Assembly: GCA_963676395.1 (NCBI GenBank)
Contig: OY781066.1
Span: forward strand, 2,271,626 to 2,335,625
Source: a bacterium
GTDB lineage: Bacteria > Fidelibacterota > Fidelibacteria > Fidelibacterales > Fidelibacteraceae
Direction: 5' to 3'
Length of the DNA: 64,000 nucleotides
A program made the translations under genes and the position numbers. Positions 61,002 through 64,000 of the stretch are shown one piece after another. The notes below the pieces were generated by a model that was not told the DNA's origin, searched no databases, and saw nothing but the letters and a program-made list of their open reading frames with translations. Positions within the stretch are counted from its first letter, which is position 1. Every line of letters starts with the position of its first letter.

Positions 61002-63440
61002 ATGTCCGAAGCGGTAAAGTCAAATTCATATCCCTTTTCAAGTATCGAGCCAAAATGGCAGAAATACTGGGAAGATAATCATATCTTCAGAACCAATGAA
61101 GATCCTTCTAAGCCCAAGTATTATATACTTGATATGTTTCCGTACCCATCGGGTAACGGTTTGCATGTCGGTCACCCCGAAGGCTACACAGCCAGTGATA
61201 TTATCGCTCGTTATAAAAGAATGAAGGGATTTAATGTTCTCCATCCCATCGGTTTCGATGCATTCGGTTTACCGGCTGAAACATTTGCACTTAAAACCGG
61301 CACGCACCCTTCGGTGACTACCGAGAAAAATGTTCAAAATTTTACTCGTCAATTAAAGATGTTCGGTTTTTCATACGATTGGGAAAGAGTGGTCAATACG
61401 ACCGATCCGGATTATTATCATTGGACACAGTGGATCTTCCTGCAATTATATAAACAGGGATTGGTCTATGAGGCTGAAACACCCGTTTGGTGGTGTGAAG
61501 GTCTTAAATCCGTTCTAGCCAACGAAGAAGTGGTAAATGGTCGATCAGAGCGCGGTGATCATCCCGTGAAACGTGTAATGTTAAAACAATGGATGCTTAA
61601 GATTACTGCCTATGCCGATAAATTGCTTGAAGGTTTGGAAGATCTGGATTGGCCTGAATCGGTTAAAGAAATGCAACGAAATTGGATCGGTCGCTCTGAA
61701 GGTGCCGAAGTTATATTTAAAGTTGCGGATCACGAAAATGCTGAGATCGAAGTTTATACAACACGCCCTGATACACTTTTTGGCGCAACATACATGGTGC
61801 TTGCCCCGGAACATCCCTTGGTAGATACTATTAGCTCGGATGAGAATAGAGTAAAAGTAGGGGAGTATCGCGAAAAAGCCGCTCTAAAAAGCGATTTGGA
61901 CCGTACTGAGCTAGCGAAAGAGAAAACCGGTGTTTTTACCGGCGCTTATGCAGTTAACCCCGTTAATGGTAAGAAAATACCTATCTGGGTTGCGGATTAT
62001 GTATTGATCTCTTATGGTACCGGTGCTATTATGGCCGTTCCGGGACATGATCAGCGTGATTATGATTTTGCCAAAGAGTTTGGTTTGGATATTATTCAGG
62101 TTCTTGATGGTGGTGATATCAGCGAAGAAGCTCATGTGGGTGATGGATTGCATATTAATTCGGGTTTTTTGGATGGATTAAACAAAGCAGATGCAATTGC
62201 AGCCATGAATAAATGGTTAGAAGAAAAAGAATGTGGGAAAGCCACCGTAAACTTTAAACTCCGTGATTGGTTGTTTTCACGTCAGCGTTATTGGGGTGAA
62301 CCGGTTCCTTTATACAAAGATACCGAAGGCAATATTTATCCCATGGATGAAAGTGAGTTACCGCTTATTCTTCCCGAAATGGAGAAGTTCGAGCCCGGTG
62401 GCGCGGGTCAAAGTCCTTTGGCAAATGCACGTGATTGGGTGGAATTTACAGATGAGAACGGTAAAAAATTCTTTCGTGAAACACATACCATGCCACAATG
62501 GGCCGGTTCTTGCTGGTACTATTTACGTTATATGAGTCCGAATTACAAAGATGGTCTTGTAGATCCTCAAGCTGTCAAATATTGGGGCGAAGTTGATTTT
62601 TATATCGGTGGCGCAGAACACGCTGTGCTTCACTTATTGTATGCACGTTTTTGGCATAAGGTGTTATATGATATTGGCGTTGTCGACTACGATGAACCGT
62701 TTAAAAAGCTCATGAACCAAGGATTGATCCTGGGTACCGATGGTGAAAAAATGAGTAAATCGCGGGGTAACGTTGTCAATCCCGATGATGTGATAGCAGA
62801 ATACGGCGCAGATTCATTACGTATGTACGAAATGTTCATGGGGCCGATTGAACGCGCTAAACCATGGTCTACCGAGGGACTTGGTGGTATTCATCGCTTT
62901 TTAAATAGAGTCTGGCGTCTTTATGTAAATGAAGATGGTGATTTAAATGATATATTACAAGATAATGGAGCAGGGGAGAACTTTGCTAAAGCTTATCATA
63001 AAGTTGTAAAGGGCGTTGGAGAGCACCTTGAGCGAAATCGTTATAATACCGCGATTTCACAAATGATGGTATTTATTAATGAATGTTATAAAGAGAAAAT
63101 ATTAGATCGCTCAATGATGACAGAATTTGTAAAAGTCCTTTCTACTTTTGCCCCTCATATCGCTGAAGAGCTTTGGGAAAAACTAGGTCAAAAATCTGTA
63201 CTTCTATACGAGACCTGGCCAACATTTGACCCCGACATGGTTGTAGAGGATATGGTTGAGTACCCTGTGCAAATAAATGGAAAAATTCGTTTCAAAATGA
63301 ATATTTCGGCTGACGCTGATCAGGACGCCATCAAAGAAGCGCTAATGACGCATGATAAGATTGCACAATATATCGAGGGCAAAACTATCGTTAAGACTAT
63401 TATTGTTCCAAAACGTATCATTACACTCGTTGTAAAATAA
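61002..63440 (+). CDS. leuS: Leucine--tRNA ligase
   Basis: MFPYPSG.GLHVGH, TTRPDT editing domain, RQRYWG, KMSKS; GGAG RBS before ATG at 61002. Confidence 0.98.
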   Translation: MSEAVKSNSYPFSSIEPKWQKYWEDNHIFRTNEDPSKPKYYILDMFPYPSGNGLHVGHPEGYTASDIIARYKRMKGFNVLHPIGFDAFGLPAETFALKTGTHPSVTTEKNVQNFTRQLKMFGFSYDWERVVNTTDPDYYHWTQWIFLQLYKQGLVYEAETPVWWCEGLKSVLANEEVVNGRSERGDHPVKRVMLKQWMLKITAYADKLLEGLEDLDWPESVKEMQRNWIGRSEGAEVIFKVADHENAEIEVYTTRPDTLFGATYMVLAPEHPLVDTISSDENRVKVGEYREKAALKSDLDRTELAKEKTGVFTGAYAVNPVNGKKIPIWVADYVLISYGTGAIMAVPGHDQRDYDFAKEFGLDIIQVLDGGDISEEAHVGDGLHINSGFLDGLNKADAIAAMNKWLEEKECGKATVNFKLRDWLFSRQRYWGEPVPLYKDTEGNIYPMDESELPLILPEMEKFEPGGAGQSPLANARDWVEFTDENGKKFFRETHTMPQWAGSCWYYLRYMSPNYKDGLVDPQAVKYWGEVDFYIGGAEHAVLHLLYARFWHKVLYDIGVVDYDEPFKKLMNQGLILGTDGEKMSKSRGNVVNPDDVIAEYGADSLRMYEMFMGPIERAKPWSTEGLGGIHRFLNRVWRLYVNEDGDLNDILQDNGAGENFAKAYHKVVKGVGEHLERNRYNTAISQMMVFINECYKEKILDRSMMTEFVKVLSTFAPHIAEELWEKLGQKSVLLYETWPTFDPDMVVEDMVEYPVQINGKIRFKMNISADADQDAIKEALMTHDKIAQYIEGKTIVKTIIVPKRIITLVVK

Positions 63441-63461
63441 ATTATAATCAAACGCATAACT

Positions 63462-63490
63462 AAGAGACGTGATATTCACGTCTTTTTTTT
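63462..63490 (+). terminator. Terminator / REP-like hairpin after leuS
   Basis: AGACGTGA-TAT-TCACGTCT followed by a T tract. Confidence 0.7.
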
Positions 63491-64000
63491 ATTGTAGATA
63501 TACTCTTCTATCTAAGATAAATGACCGGACAGGGGAGAGCGCCCACTCTCAAAACAATACAGTTTTATCTGAGCTAATCCCCTGCACAATAATTTACCCT
63601 ACTCATACATACACTTTTTTCAACATCAATAGCAATACTACATTATAAACCATTGATCAAATTCTCTACTTTTCCACATGTTTACATAATATATATTATA
63701 GGTAGTCGTAAATACGTGAATAATATGACATTGGTTTGTAATTGTATGAATATCAGTGTAATATGGTGTGTTGCGAGAAAATCGCTTCTAAGCGACGATC
63801 TTTAATTTTGTGTATTCTAACTGTGGGAATTTTAAGGGTTATTTGGTTATTTCTAAGCTTTGGGGTAAAAAGCTCTCTTTTATTCCATACATTGATGAGA
63901 AGATATTATCAATTACATCGATCTTTGGTGAGTTATTTTGTATGTCTTTCAGAAGTGTTTTTATGTATTGTCGCTTACTGTCAAGTTCGTAATTACAATG

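Noticed and set aside
63500..64000. Replication origin or regulatory array in the terminal non-coding region
   Set aside because: Only one DnaA-box-like 9-mer (TTTTCCACA near 63670) and no clear repeat periodicity; context is cut by the window edge.

Overview
Bacterial chromosomal window, AT-leaning. It probably comes from a diderm anaerobe with FCB-group-like gene content (TonB receptor, outer-membrane barrel, Bacteroidota-style his operon); this taxonomy is inference only. Core content: a MtbA/UroD-family methyltransferase, a NuoE/NuoF/NuoG-GltD (Bfu/NfnABC-like) oxidoreductase operon, ruvA-ruvC-yebC, uvrB, a complete his operon with an attenuator leader, tRNA-Asn, aspartokinase, queDEC, leuACD, a ferredoxin plus archaeal-type geranylgeranyl reductase, DnaQ-DinG, tRNA-fMet and leuS. 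There are three accessory zones. (1) 7.1-13.6 kb holds AT-rich ORFans bracketed by two inverted, covarying ~175-nt structured repeats, an orphan duplicate of a HAD gene 3' end, an IS256-like element with TIRs and an 8-bp TSD, and many REP-like palindromes. (2) 18.8-26.1 kb is a TetR / TonB receptor / heterodimeric ABC uptake island with a triple operator palindrome. (3) 58.1-58.8 kb has an intact initiator tRNA flanked by three degenerate copies in which short palindromes replace tRNA segments; one copy encodes the C-terminus and stop codon of a GIY-YIG nuclease. Zone 3 and the structured repeat pair are the best candidates for undescribed systems.
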